A stretch of 54,237 nt of DNA from a virus. Taxonomy: Duplodnaviria > Caudoviricetes. This document shows, piece by piece, positions 8,979 through 17,000 of this stretch (its first letter is position 1; each line of letters starts with the position of its first letter). Location of the stretch: positions 1 through 54,237 of the IMG/VR virus record IMGVR_UViG_3300049830_000086; one strand, written 5' to 3'. The position numbers and the translations under genes are program-made. The notes beneath the pieces were generated by a model. That model was not told the DNA's origin. It ran no database searches and worked only from the letters and a program-made list of their open reading frames with translations.

Positions 8979-9049
8979 GTTGTGTTTTGCTAGCCTGTTG
9001 TATCTGACTAGCCCGATGTCGACTTATGTCCCAAGTCGATGAGATATAT

Positions 9050-9124
9050 TGGTGGGTCGCCCCGGTATCGAACCGAGTTCCATTGATTAAGAGTCAATTG
9101 CTTCACCATTAAAGCTTGCAACCC
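9050..9124 (-). tRNA. tRNA-Lys(CTT)
   Basis: ATTGA-CTCTTAA-TCAAT; CCA. Confidence 0.92.
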
Positions 9125-9627
9125 AAATTCTTAGCCCATTTTCTAACAGCATTATCACTGACATCAAACATTCTTCCAATCTGTAACCAGGATATGTTTT
9201 TATCTAGTAACTGCTGCAGTTGTTCTTTAGTAGGATGTTTTACCTTATGCTGTGCCAAATGTGTACATTCTTGGCTACAAAATTTTCTTTCATAGTCTTT
9301 TGTGTCAAATAGCTTCTTGCATACAGTACATTCTTTTGTCTTAAAAGTTTTAAGGTATCTAACTAGAGAATGATCTATCTGTAATTCATGTATTTCACGA
9401 TGACAGTTTGAACAAACTAATATACATTTTTCTAGTTCTTTCTTTGCTCGCTTCCAAGACCAACGCTGAACTACATAGCCAGCATCATGATCTTTTTTTC
9501 CAATGTGATGAAACTCTAATGCTCCAAGGCATTTATTATAGCCACATATAGAGCATTTTCCACCAAATTGATTAACTGCAAATTCCTTCTTCCTTCGTTG
9601 TGCTTTTACTACAATGTTAGTATCCAT
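9109..9627 (-). CDS. HNH endonuclease with zinc finger and C-terminal HTH (start moved to MDTNIV)
   Basis: GGKCSICGY..C..ALEFHH...KCILVCSNCHREIH; SDNAVRKW HTH; stop codon lies inside tRNA-Lys. Confidence 0.85.
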   Translation of the reverse strand: MDTNIVVKAQRRKKEFAVNQFGGKCSICGYNKCLGALEFHHIGKKDHDAGYVVQRWSWKRAKKELEKCILVCSNCHREIHELQIDHSLVRYLKTFKTKECTVCKKLFDTKDYERKFCSQECTHLAQHKVKHPTKEQLQQLLDKNISWLQIGRMFDVSDNAVRKWAKNLGCKL

Positions 9628-9633
9628 ACTAGA

Positions 9634-9662
9634 AGTATAGTTCGAATAATTGGGCCAAGCAA
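9634..9662 (-). promoter_or_regulatory. Sigma70-type promoter, probably leaderless HNH mRNA
   Basis: TTGCTT-N17-TATACT-N6-ATG. Confidence 0.6.
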
Positions 9663-9687
9663 GTAAAATATTCGAACTAACTAAAAT

Positions 9688-9762
9688 TGGTGGCAGTAGT
9701 TGGAGTTGAACCAACGACAAATGGCGTATGAGACCACTGCTCTACCGCTGAGCTACACTGCC
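9688..9762 (-). tRNA. tRNA(CAT), elongator Met or Ile2
   Basis: GTGGT-CTCATAC-GCCAT; G1:C72 paired; CCA. Confidence 0.88.
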
Positions 9763-9949
9763 TAAATTGGAGGTTGTACTGATACAAAACTCTCAATGCG
9801 TTTATCTAGTTCTCTGACCTTATTGATCAGGAATGTTGTTTCTTCGATGTGATGTTGTTCTAGTCCTTTGAAGTTTTCTTCCCAAGACTTAGCAGGATCA
9901 AATTTGAACTGTTTAACCTTGATCCACTTGTAACCGTCAAATTCACTCA

Positions 9950-10168
9950 TTAGTATCCTCCGCAACCGTATGCTGGTGGGTCGTAATAACCTTGACCACA
10001 ATCATCTTCGGTTGGTTTAAGTGGATGTTCACGGTCATACTCTGCTATCTTTATAGCAGCAATAGCGTCGTCCACAGCCTTTGTTACTAGCTTTGGTGTT
10101 AGATTAGGGTTCTTGCTGAGCAGTGTAGTCATCTCAGCCCTAATCCTTTTTTCTTTTGTTTTTGTCAT
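9950..10168 (-). CDS. Hypothetical protein
   Basis: 72-aa ORF directly after tRNA-Thr. Confidence 0.5.
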   Translation of the reverse strand: MTKTKEKRIRAEMTTLLSKNPNLTPKLVTKAVDDAIAAIKIAEYDREHPLKPTEDDCGQGYYDPPAYGCGGY

Positions 10169-10172
10169 AAAT

Positions 10173-10246
10173 TGGAGCCAGAACTGGGAATCGAACCCAG
10201 ATGTCTACATTACCAATGTAGCGCTCTACCACTGAGCTATTCCGGC
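10173..10246 (-). tRNA. tRNA-Thr(GGT)
   Basis: CTACA-TTGGTAA-TGTAG; CCA. Confidence 0.93.
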
Positions 10247-10249
10247 AAA

Positions 10250-10600
10250 GTCTGTCTCATAGCCGCGCTTCTGTTTCTAATCCATCATTTGTCTAAGCCC
10301 TCTAAAAAACCATGTACTATTGGCAGCACTACCGTACATATTCGAGGTTGCATCTACTTTGTGGTGTTAGCGGATTTCTCCTCCCAAACAGCTGCTGTGA
10401 TGGCGCGAACTTCCTCTATCCTCAGGGTGATTCCCGATTCTCCACACCCACAGCCTCCATTGCCCTGCCCACTATATCAAGGCGGTTAAGGGTTAGCTAG
10501 CCGAAGAGGCATACTGATTTATGGATCGTGTCTAGCATCCGGTGAAATTGTAATTTTCCGGACTCGTTATATTATGAGGACAGCGATGGATCGGACAGAC
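10250..10600 (-). ncRNA. rnpB: RNase P RNA, atypical (long P3, reduced S-domain, no P18)
   Basis: P1 GTCTGTC/GACAGAC; P2 ATCCATC/GATGGAT; P3 CTGTCCTCA/TGAGGATAG; CR-I GAGGAAGTTCGCGC pairing with CR-V ACAGAAGCGCGGCTA; CR-IV AGACAAATG. Confidence 0.85.
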
Positions 10601-10800
10601 TAAATTGATCTTTCACCTTTGACTATAATCCAACCAGTATAGGTTGTACGAGCATAAGCGTGAGTATAACCTGCTGACCAAAGATTCCTAAGGTGATCGT
10701 GTCTAATTTTTTCTTTAGCCATTGTTTTTGCAGATTCTATACTTTTTAACGCCGACGCTATGGTTTTTAATTCTTCCTTTGTTGCGCTTTTAGTAAACAT
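10600..10800 (-). CDS. Hypothetical protein
   Basis: 66-aa ORF. Confidence 0.45.
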   Translation of the reverse strand: MFTKSATKEELKTIASALKSIESAKTMAKEKIRHDHLRNLWSAGYTHAYARTTYTGWIIVKGERSI

Positions 10801-10830
10801 AATTTGATTGTAAACATTGCTAGTTTAACC

Positions 10831-11109
10831 TTAAACTAGTTTAAGCTCAATGATGTTGAACTTATTGACTATATCGGATTCTGCAAACTGTGCCCTAATG
10901 ACGGCTAGTGTTTTATCTTGCTCATCAAAGGTTAGTCTACGAGAAGCTTTGATCTGACCTATAGGACCTTTGCTTACTAACATCATTTTTTCCGAGAAGC
11001 CGAAGTCATTCATGTGACTATTAATTCGGTCTTCAAAATCTTTTACAGATGGTACGACATCACCAGTCTTCACTTCTGCGATTATGTCGTAAAGGTATTC
11101 TGGTGGCAT
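10831..11109 (-). CDS. Hypothetical protein
   Basis: 92-aa ORF packed after the membrane protein gene. Confidence 0.55.
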   Translation of the reverse strand: MPPEYLYDIIAEVKTGDVVPSVKDFEDRINSHMNDFGFSEKMMLVSKGPIGQIKASRRLTFDEQDKTLAVIRAQFAESDIVNKFNIIELKLV

Positions 11110-11110
11110 G

Positions 11111-11446
11111 TTAGTGTAAGTAGATGTAAGTTAGCGTTAGAGACCAAGCATGTATAAGCTGGTCTAGTCCTATCACTGCAAAGAACCAATGCCTATGAAA
11201 GACAGGATAATAGAGTGCTCTAGTCATCCTTGAAGTTATGGCGTCGGTAATGAAGTGAGTGACGAAAGTTATTAGTGCAAACTTCCAACCTAGCCAGCTA
11301 AAGGCTAGTGAATAGATAAGCACGTGTAGAGTTAGTGCACCCCAATGCTTTGATTTGTTGATTGCCATCCAGTCATTCTGTAGCAGGAAGTCTGCTACGA
11401 AGTGGACAGTCAAAAGGATGAGGACGATGTAAAATGGGTTAGTCAT
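11111..11446 (-). CDS. DUF3307-like membrane protein
   Basis: HFVADFLLQ..W.A.NK, H...D and GLDQLIH motifs in hydrophobic helices. Confidence 0.8.
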   Translation of the reverse strand: MTNPFYIVLILLTVHFVADFLLQNDWMAINKSKHWGALTLHVLIYSLAFSWLGWKFALITFVTHFITDAITSRMTRALYYPVFHRHWFFAVIGLDQLIHAWSLTLTYIYLH

Positions 11447-11467
11447 ATTTGGGATGCATATTAGTAT

Positions 11468-11496
11468 TTGCTTTTCACAAACTAGTATACTATAGT
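11468..11496 (+). promoter_or_regulatory. Sigma70-type promoter, probably leaderless HNH mRNA
   Basis: TTGCTT-N17-TATAGT-N6-ATG(11503). Confidence 0.6.
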
Positions 11497-11502
11497 GTTG
11501 TT

Positions 11503-12039
11503 ATGAAATTGATGATAAACGTTAAAGACCTGAGCAGCTATAAGTCTAGAGATTTTGTACCTTTGGAGTGTAGACAATGTGGTAAAAATTTTTCTAAACC
11601 AAAACATTACGTATCAAAAGTATTAGGTAACCAATACAAAAATATTACATTAGATTTTTGCTCAAAATCATGTCACTGGCTTGCTATGAAGAAGCAAGTG
11701 GTTGTAACGTGTAATAACTGTAATAAACAGGTGGAAAAGAAACCATCCGAGTTGTCTAAATCAAAGCATGGTTTGGCTTTTTGTAATAGGACTTGTGCAG
11801 CAACATACAACAACAAACATCGTGTTCGAGTTATAAAAGTTGACTATAGATCTTTTGCATTAAAAAATCTAAAAAATGAATGTGTCAAATGTGGGTATAA
11901 CAGGTATCCAAATGTACTGCAAGTCCACCATAAAGACCGTAAGAGGAATAACAATAAATTAAATAACTTGGAGTTATTGTGTCCAACATGTCATCAAGAA
12001 CATCACTTTTTAGAAAATACTGGAGCTTACTCTAAATGA
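11503..12039 (+). CDS. HNH endonuclease with N-terminal zinc-finger repeats (only convincing plus-strand gene)
   Basis: CxxC...FCSxxC repeats; CVKCGY...LQVHHKD..R.NN...NLELLCPTCHQEHH. Confidence 0.88.
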   Translation: MKLMINVKDLSSYKSRDFVPLECRQCGKNFSKPKHYVSKVLGNQYKNITLDFCSKSCHWLAMKKQVVVTCNNCNKQVEKKPSELSKSKHGLAFCNRTCAATYNNKHRVRVIKVDYRSFALKNLKNECVKCGYNRYPNVLQVHHKDRKRNNNKLNNLELLCPTCHQEHHFLENTGAYSK

Positions 12040-12042
12040 CTG

Positions 12043-12117
12043 GGTGCTGTATGGAAGTTGAATCCACATAGTCTACTTTCACAAAGTAGGGCATTAACCA
12101 ATTATGCTAACAGCACC
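12043..12117 (-). tRNA. tRNA-His(GTG)
   Basis: CTACT-TTGTGAA-AGTAG; encoded G-1 opposite C73. Confidence 0.9.
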
Positions 12118-12123
12118 GTTCAG

Positions 12124-12195
12124 GGCCTAAGACTGGAGTTGAGCCAGTATCTTCCTTATTACGAGTAAGGGGCTCTACCATTGAGCTACTCAGGC
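12124..12195 (-). tRNA. tRNA-Thr(CGT)
   Basis: CCTTA-CTCGTAA-TAAGG; T-loop variant CTCAACT; no CCA. Confidence 0.8.
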
Positions 12196-12504
12196 TTAAA
12201 GTTCTGTGTCTAAATTACGTTCCGGCACAACAATCAATTCACCCGATACTTGCGTACCATATGCGTTTGGAACATTGAAACCGGCTAAATGGATTAACTT
12301 ACATTGCGGACAGGCTAATAGAAAACCACCTTTAACCATGTTTTTGCTTATGTTAGTTCTGACTACGAAATCATTGTCAACAAAGACAATTTGACCCAAA
12401 TCGATATCACTACTGTTGAATGGTACGAGGAGAGCTTCATTAGTCTTGAAGATATGATCTCTATCACAACATACCTGATCTTCGATGTTTTGGATTTTTG
12501 TCAT
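12196..12504 (-). CDS. Zinc-binding hypothetical protein, C-terminal RNLDTEL
   Basis: CC...H and CPQC motifs. Confidence 0.6.
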   Translation of the reverse strand: MTKIQNIEDQVCCDRDHIFKTNEALLVPFNSSDIDLGQIVFVDNDFVVRTNISKNMVKGGFLLACPQCKLIHLAGFNVPNAYGTQVSGELIVVPERNLDTEL

Positions 12505-12508
12505 AAGT

Positions 12509-12584
12509 TGGTAGGCGTGGCAGGGCTCGAACCCGCGACATTTTCCGTGTAAAGGAACTACTCTACCAACTGAGTTACACGCCT
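12509..12584 (-). tRNA. tRNA-Val(TAC)
   Basis: Loop TTTACAC; A73; CCA. Confidence 0.92.
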
Positions 12585-12982
12585 ATTCTAATTCTTTTAT
12601 ACGATCTACCTTGTCCTATATTCAATGAACCTGCATTAGGAGTTAACGCATGACAATTAGGACATAGCAAATCTAAATTTGGTTCTGCGGAATTTCTGAA
12701 ACTACCATCCTTATGATGAATTTCCAATGGGATAGTTCCAGTGGTCTTATTCTTTTTAGACCAATGACAAATACTACAAGCATTATTAAATTTTTCAAAC
12801 AGGTAGCGTCTAATATGCCTAGATACTGAATATCCAACAGTAGCCGTTACTAAACCTGCTTTCCATTTAAGCACAAACTCCTTGTACTCAAACTCTCGTT
12901 GACAAAAATTGTTACAGTATTTTTTAGGTTTTCTGGATACCTCTTTATCACAATTTAAGCATGACTGTTGTTTCACCTTCAT
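12575..12982 (-). CDS. HNH endonuclease
   Basis: CLNC...KYCNNFC; CSICHW...LEIHHKDG...NLDLLCPNCHALT; stop codon inside tRNA-Val. Confidence 0.9.
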   Translation of the reverse strand: MKVKQQSCLNCDKEVSRKPKKYCNNFCQREFEYKEFVLKWKAGLVTATVGYSVSRHIRRYLFEKFNNACSICHWSKKNKTTGTIPLEIHHKDGSFRNSAEPNLDLLCPNCHALTPNAGSLNIGQGRSYKRIRIGV

Positions 12983-12988
12983 ATTCAA

Positions 12989-13016
12989 ATTATAGCATGT
13001 AGACCTGCTATTGCAA
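12989..13016 (-). promoter_or_regulatory. Sigma70-type extended -10 promoter, probably leaderless HNH mRNA
   Basis: TTGCAA-N16 (ending TGC)-TATAAT-N6-ATG. Confidence 0.65.
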
Positions 13017-13023
13017 ACTAAAT

Positions 13024-13049
13024 CAGCTCTACCACTGAGCTATGCGCGC
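13024..13049 (-). pseudogene. 5' fragment of a tRNA gene (acceptor strand plus D-arm only)
   Basis: GCGCGCA-TA-GCTCAGTGGTAGAGC, then directly the HNH promoter; no anticodon or T arm. Confidence 0.6.
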
Positions 13050-13055
13050 GTTAAA

Positions 13056-13367
13056 TTATTGTACTCCTGCTGCTCTTTTTAACATCTGTAAATCAGGATG
13101 TGAGAGCCTAATGTTGTGCTTTGGAAGCTTGATATAAACAGCGTGTGTAGCACCTGTATCAATCAGCTTTACACCATTTTCACGCATGTATTCCAAGTCC
13201 TGTTTCACTACATCATAATGAGCTTGACCCATTAGAGAGTTGTCTTTCAAGAAATCAGCAATGGCCATGATTTGTATAAAGTGTAACTCTGTCGGACGAT
13301 AAATGTATAATGGGTAATGCCATTTCGTCAATGATTTGAAATATGTGTTAGCTTTCATCTTTGACAC
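13056..13367 (-). CDS. Hypothetical protein
   Basis: 103-aa ORF. Confidence 0.55.
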   Translation of the reverse strand: MSKMKANTYFKSLTKWHYPLYIYRPTELHFIQIMAIADFLKDNSLMGQAHYDVVKQDLEYMRENGVKLIDTGATHAVYIKLPKHNIRLSHPDLQMLKRAAGVQ

Positions 13368-13713
13368 CTAGGCTACGTTTCAGCTCACGTTCAAAGTCTG
13401 CAATGGCATTCTTTGCATCATAGAGCTTTTCATCTAGTTCACCAATCTTTTCAGTAAGCAACTCCGCAGCTTTTTCGGCTATCATACGGGACATTTGCTT
13501 CTGGTAGTTTTCGACCATTTCAAGGAAGTCGAACTCCTGACCATTGATTTTAAGGTCAATGGTTACGACGTTGTGATTAGTTGAAGACCGTTCACAAGCT
13601 TTTAACATAGCATCAAACTCCTTGTCTTTGCGCTTAGCACTGACAATAGTCATGAATGCCCAGTATGCAGCCTTAGAACAAGTAGCTTCGTTGATTTCAA
13701 GTTTTGTGCTCAT
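13348..13713 (-). CDS. Hypothetical coiled-coil protein (start moved to MSTKLE)
   Basis: The longer ORF start overlaps a Y-like RNA. Confidence 0.55.
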   Translation of the reverse strand: MSTKLEINEATCSKAAYWAFMTIVSAKRKDKEFDAMLKACERSSTNHNVVTIDLKINGQEFDFLEMVENYQKQMSRMIAEKAAELLTEKIGELDEKLYDAKNAIADFERELKRSLGVKDES

Positions 13714-13725
13714 AATTTTGTAATC

Positions 13726-13881
13726 ACTAGGGAAAATCGAATCAAGACTTGGGACAGTTAAGCCCACTCTAGGACCAATGTGTCTGCCAATTCCACCACC
13801 TCTCCGTCTATGGAGAGGGCAGGGCTCGAACCTGCAGCTGTCGGTTTATGTAAGATGAACCTCGATTCAGGCACCACTAGT
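13726..13881 (-). ncRNA. Y RNA (YrlA)-like element with permuted Leu-type tRNA module
   Basis: ACTAGTGGTG...GTTCATCTT...TTTTCCCTAGT; T-arm GCAGG-TTCGAGC-CCTGC, acceptor hairpin CTCTCC/GGAGAG, D-arm GGTGGAATTGGCAGACAC. Confidence 0.75.
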
Positions 13882-13887
13882 AAAAAT

Positions 13888-14193
13888 TTATTTGTAGGCA
13901 ACACGCCTACCGTCTTTATCGTGCATCTCGTAACCTTTTTCAGTCACGGTATAACGATAGTCATTTCGGGGAAGTTCTGGATGAGGAGACATTGAATGTA
14001 GCTCAGTTAACCTAGCTATGAATGTATTCCACATACTTCGGTCTACAACTTCATAAGTGATCAATGATGCATTCCGCTCAAGTGTAGCGAATAGGACACA
14101 TGATCTCTTATCTTCCGCAGGTGAGATACCTATGGCCACTAATGTGCCTAGAGTAATTACATCGCCTGGGGTGATAGGTAATTTTTGTAGCAT
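13888..14193 (-). CDS. Hypothetical protein (start moved to MLQKLP)
   Basis: The longer ORF start overlaps tRNA-Phe. Confidence 0.5.
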   Translation of the reverse strand: MLQKLPITPGDVITLGTLVAIGISPAEDKRSCVLFATLERNASLITYEVVDRSMWNTFIARLTELHSMSPHPELPRNDYRYTVTEKGYEMHDKDGRRVAYK

Positions 14194-14200
14194 TTTGAAA

Positions 14201-14276
14201 TGGTCCCTCATACTAGTTTCGAGCTAGTGACACCTGGTGTTTCAAACCAGTGCTCTACCATCTGAGCTAATGAGGG
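14201..14276 (-). tRNA. tRNA-Phe(GAA)
   Basis: CTGGT-TTGAAAC-ACCAG; T-loop variant CTCGAAA; CCA. Confidence 0.88.
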
Positions 14277-14278
14277 AT

Positions 14279-14356
14279 TGGTGCACCTGGCAGGATTCGA
14301 ACCTGCAACCTAACGGTCCGTAGCCGTTCGCTCTGATCCAATTGAGCTACAAGTGC
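14279..14356 (-). tRNA. tRNA-Arg(ACG)
   Basis: AACGG-CTACGGA-CCGTT; CCA. Confidence 0.93.
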
Positions 14357-14362
14357 GTTTGC

Positions 14363-14668
14363 TTAAACCGGAGCTGTGCGTTCCTCAGGGATCTCGACAG
14401 CAGGTTCAACATTCTTTTTCTGTTCAAAGAACTCACGAACAGAGAGGCCGGTCTTGGCCTTGACTTGACGTTCGTGTTCAACGTAACCCGTGAACATCAT
14501 GTCAATAACGATCTCTTTGACGATCTCCTCGGACATACCTGCTTTAAGCATCTTGGTAATGTAAACGAGTAAACGTGCTTTGGTGCCGGTCTTTTCATCC
14601 CAGTACCATGTGCCTTGATTCGGTAGATCCTTTTTGAAGCGATCTAATAGTTCGGATGCGTCTGTCAT
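14363..14668 (-). CDS. Hypothetical protein
   Basis: 101-aa ORF preceded by TGA-TAAACT-N6-ATG. Confidence 0.6.
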   Translation of the reverse strand: MTDASELLDRFKKDLPNQGTWYWDEKTGTKARLLVYITKMLKAGMSEEIVKEIVIDMMFTGYVEHERQVKAKTGLSVREFFEQKKNVEPAVEIPEERTAPV

Positions 14669-14710
14669 ATTAGTAGTTTATCAGTTTTATGGTTTTGTCT
14701 ACAAGGAAAA

Positions 14711-14785
14711 TGGTCGTCCTAGTTGGTCTCGAACCAACGACCTAACGGTTATCAACCGTTTGCTCTACCACTGAGCTATAGGACG
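14711..14785 (-). tRNA. tRNA-Ile(GAT)
   Basis: AACGG-TTGATAA-CCGTT; CCA. Confidence 0.93.
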
Positions 14786-14795
14786 ATTGGGAAAT

Positions 14796-14873
14796 TGGTC
14801 GGAGTGACAGGATTCGAACCTGCGACTTCTTGCTCCCAAAGCAAGCGCTCTAGCCAGACTGAGCTACACTCCG
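14796..14873 (-). tRNA. tRNA-Pro(TGG)
   Basis: CTTGC-TTTGGGA-GCAAG; C1:G72, A73; CCA. Confidence 0.95.
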
Positions 14874-14962
14874 TGGCGGATAGGGAGGGATTCGAACCCC
14901 CGTAGGTTATTAGCCTAAGCGGTTTTCAAGACCGCCGCGTTCAACCACTCTGCCACCTATCC
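14874..14962 (-). tRNA. tRNA-Ser(TGA)
   Basis: GCGGT-CTTGAAA-ACCGC; long variable arm; G73; CCA. Confidence 0.95.
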
Positions 14963-14967
14963 AAGGC

Positions 14968-15747
14968 TTACAAATCTGAGTAATTTTTAATCGTAAGGGC
15001 CTTATCTCTTACAATGACATATTGGTTCATAAAGCAATCAATGTCAAGATTATCTATGTTTGGTTTAAGAACAGTTTCACCTCTAAGATAGTTTGTTATT
15101 TTGTTATGTGGTGTATGACCTACAATCTGTTTCAAACCATCAATAGGCTTGAACTCACAATTGAAGTCTAACCACAACAAACCACCTACAGGATGACTAC
15201 CACCTCTACCGTAACCAGCAGCAGTGAACCAACCTTGACTAGACATAGCCAAGAATTGTTCGTTCTTATTGATCTCATCCTTCATCCATTTATCAATAGA
15301 CTTTTTGTCGATCTTTAGCATTGGATGCAGAAAACTTGGATGAAGACCTGCGTGGCTAATGAAGTAATCATCTAGCCATACATACCATTTCATACTATCT
15401 CTAACAGCAATTCGATGTTCTCCTAGAGTTGCTCTGATAATCATCTTCTTGCGTCTTTCAAAGCCTGAGCAAGGTAGACTCTCGCTATCAAAAAGATAGT
15501 GTACGTCATGATTTCCTTTGCAGGTTATGAAGGTTGGTTTTTTGTGAACCTCAAGTAAAAATTTGGCGGCATCTCTGACATGATAGTCTTCATCATAGTC
15601 AAAGCTGTCAAACCAGTCGCCAGTAGTGACTACAATGTCAGGAGCTTCAGCTTTGATGATTTTCTTTAGCTTAACTAAGTCTTGATGGATGTCTCCTAAC
15701 AACAAAACTGTTTTTCCGGTACTATCAATATTAACTGGGTAGGACAT
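14968..15747 (-). CDS. Calcineurin-like metallophosphoesterase
   Basis: GDIH, GDWFD, GNHD, SHAG, GHT motifs. Confidence 0.9.
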   Translation of the reverse strand: MSYPVNIDSTGKTVLLLGDIHQDLVKLKKIIKAEAPDIVVTTGDWFDSFDYDEDYHVRDAAKFLLEVHKKPTFITCKGNHDVHYLFDSESLPCSGFERRKKMIIRATLGEHRIAVRDSMKWYVWLDDYFISHAGLHPSFLHPMLKIDKKSIDKWMKDEINKNEQFLAMSSQGWFTAAGYGRGGSHPVGGLLWLDFNCEFKPIDGLKQIVGHTPHNKITNYLRGETVLKPNIDNLDIDCFMNQYVIVRDKALTIKNYSDL

Positions 15748-16129
15748 TTGCCCTTTCTAAAACTAGCTTTGCTGGTTTCTTGTAACTTTTAATTGGAAAG
15801 CAGTGTACTAAAAACTTCATAGCTGTCATTAAGCCAGCTTGATCTAGACACGTTACTATCCTATCTGGCCCTGCTAAAAGCGTTACTCGCTTATGATAGG
15901 TAGGGCTAAGTTCGATTTTCTGTAAAGGTTCCAACGTACATTGACCAGGCATTTGCTGGTTATTGATGTTATGGAACATAGCCTTTACAGGTATGATGCG
16001 TTCTTCACCATTCTGCATAACGTTGTACGTCTTGATGTAAACATCAGGCTCGTATCTGTTAGCAGCCGGGTCTCTGGGCTTTAGTTCCCACCCGTTAATT
16101 CTTAGAAAATTGAGGAATCTATCGTTCAT
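15731..16129 (-). CDS. Hypothetical protein
   Basis: 132-aa coupled ORF. Confidence 0.55.
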   Translation of the reverse strand: MNDRFLNFLRINGWELKPRDPAANRYEPDVYIKTYNVMQNGEERIIPVKAMFHNINNQQMPGQCTLEPLQKIELSPTYHKRVTLLAGPDRIVTCLDQAGLMTAMKFLVHCFPIKSYKKPAKLVLERANVLPS

Positions 16130-16401
16130 GTAATAAGCGCAGTAGTAAGCGCGCCATTTACAACAAATGAAACTTCGTCACATTTCCCCCTTAATACACA
16201 AAAAGGTTGCTGCTTATTGTGTTTGCTTTTCAGAGGTACCCTGCAGTCTATATGATCAACGATGTGACACTTTTTCATATAGTGAACCGACAACAATGGT
16301 TTATTGTTAGCTCGACTCGCAGGTTTATTGTAATGGAGCATGAATACTCGACTCATTAGCAGTGTTGGAAATCTTGTGGATACATGTCGTCTAGCCAACA
16401 A
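16126..16401 (-). CDS. Hypothetical phage protein
   Basis: F.LHYNKPAS....P.LSVH...C..V.....VP......QP..V..G pattern. Confidence 0.55.
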   Translation of the reverse strand: MLARRHVSTRFPTLLMSRVFMLHYNKPASRANNKPLLSVHYMKKCHIVDHIDCRVPLKSKHNKQQPFCVLRGKCDEVSFVVNGALTTALIT

Positions 16402-16592
16402 TGCTCGTGGATAGCAACTTGTTGTTCATCAGAAGGATCATGGTTAAAACTGTGTTGCCCTACTTGAGAACGCCAAAAGTTAAGTTTGTGTTTAGTAGTC
16501 TCACCCACACCATGTACTTCATAGTGGGTTTTAAGAGCAATACTATGCTTAGCTTTCAACTCTTCGTCTGTGAGTTTAGCTTCGGTTGTCAT
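16356..16592 (-). CDS. Hypothetical protein
   Basis: 78-aa ORF after the tRNA. Confidence 0.5.
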   Translation of the reverse strand: MTTEAKLTDEELKAKHSIALKTHYEVHGVGETTKHKLNFWRSQVGQHSFNHDPSDEQQVAIHEHCWLDDMYPQDFQHC

Positions 16593-16597
16593 ATAAT

Positions 16598-16675
16598 TGG
16601 TTGCGGGAGCAGGTTGCGAGCGCTGCGTTAAAAAAGCTTATGAGACTTTTGCTGGTCCCTCCAGTCCATCCCGCG
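16598..16675 (-). tRNA. Degenerate initiator-like tRNA-Met(CAT)
   Basis: CGCGGGA/TCCCGCA with C1:A72 mismatch; loop CTCATAA; aberrant T-loop and A/U-rich anticodon stem. Confidence 0.65.
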
Positions 16676-16684
16676 TAAAATTTG

Positions 16685-16781
16685 CCGTAACGGCGCTAAT
16701 TGTCAGGAAATCAGTCCGGCGGTTTCCTTCCTTGGGACCGATTGGATTGCCTTACAGTTTAACAATCCTAGGCCGTTACGG
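16685..16781 (-). ncRNA. Unidentified ~97-nt hairpin RNA
   Basis: 10-bp closing stem CCGTAACGGC/GCCGTTACGG; inner stem AATCGGTCC/GGACTGATT; lies between two tRNAs. Confidence 0.45.
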
Positions 16782-16834
16782 TTTTCAGCTAGACTATGCA
16801 CGGGATCTCACGACCACTGGCAATCTAGGGAAAT

Positions 16835-16910
16835 TGGTGCAGGGGTTGGATTTGAACCAACAACCTTTTGGTTATGAGCCAAATGAGCTACCAGGTTGCT
16901 CCACCCTGCG
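16835..16910 (-). tRNA. tRNA-fMet-like (CAT)
   Basis: CGCAGGG-TG-GAGCAACCTGGTAGCTC (fMet-type D-arm); C1:A72; TTTGG-CTCATAA-CCAAA. Confidence 0.88.
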
Positions 16911-16917
16911 TTAAATT

Positions 16918-16994
16918 TGGCTCCTGAGCTTGGGTTCGAACCAAGGACCTGCGCATTAACAGTGCGCCGCTACTACCAGCTGAGCTACTCAGGA
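16918..16994 (-). tRNA. tRNA-Asn(GTT)
   Basis: GCGCA-CTGTTAA-TGCGC; G73; CCA. Confidence 0.93.
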
Positions 16995-17000
16995 ATGAGA

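Noticed and set aside
16685-16781. SRP (4.5S) RNA call
   Set aside because: The apical region only loosely resembles the CAGG...GGAA...AGCAG helix-8 motif; kept as an unidentified RNA
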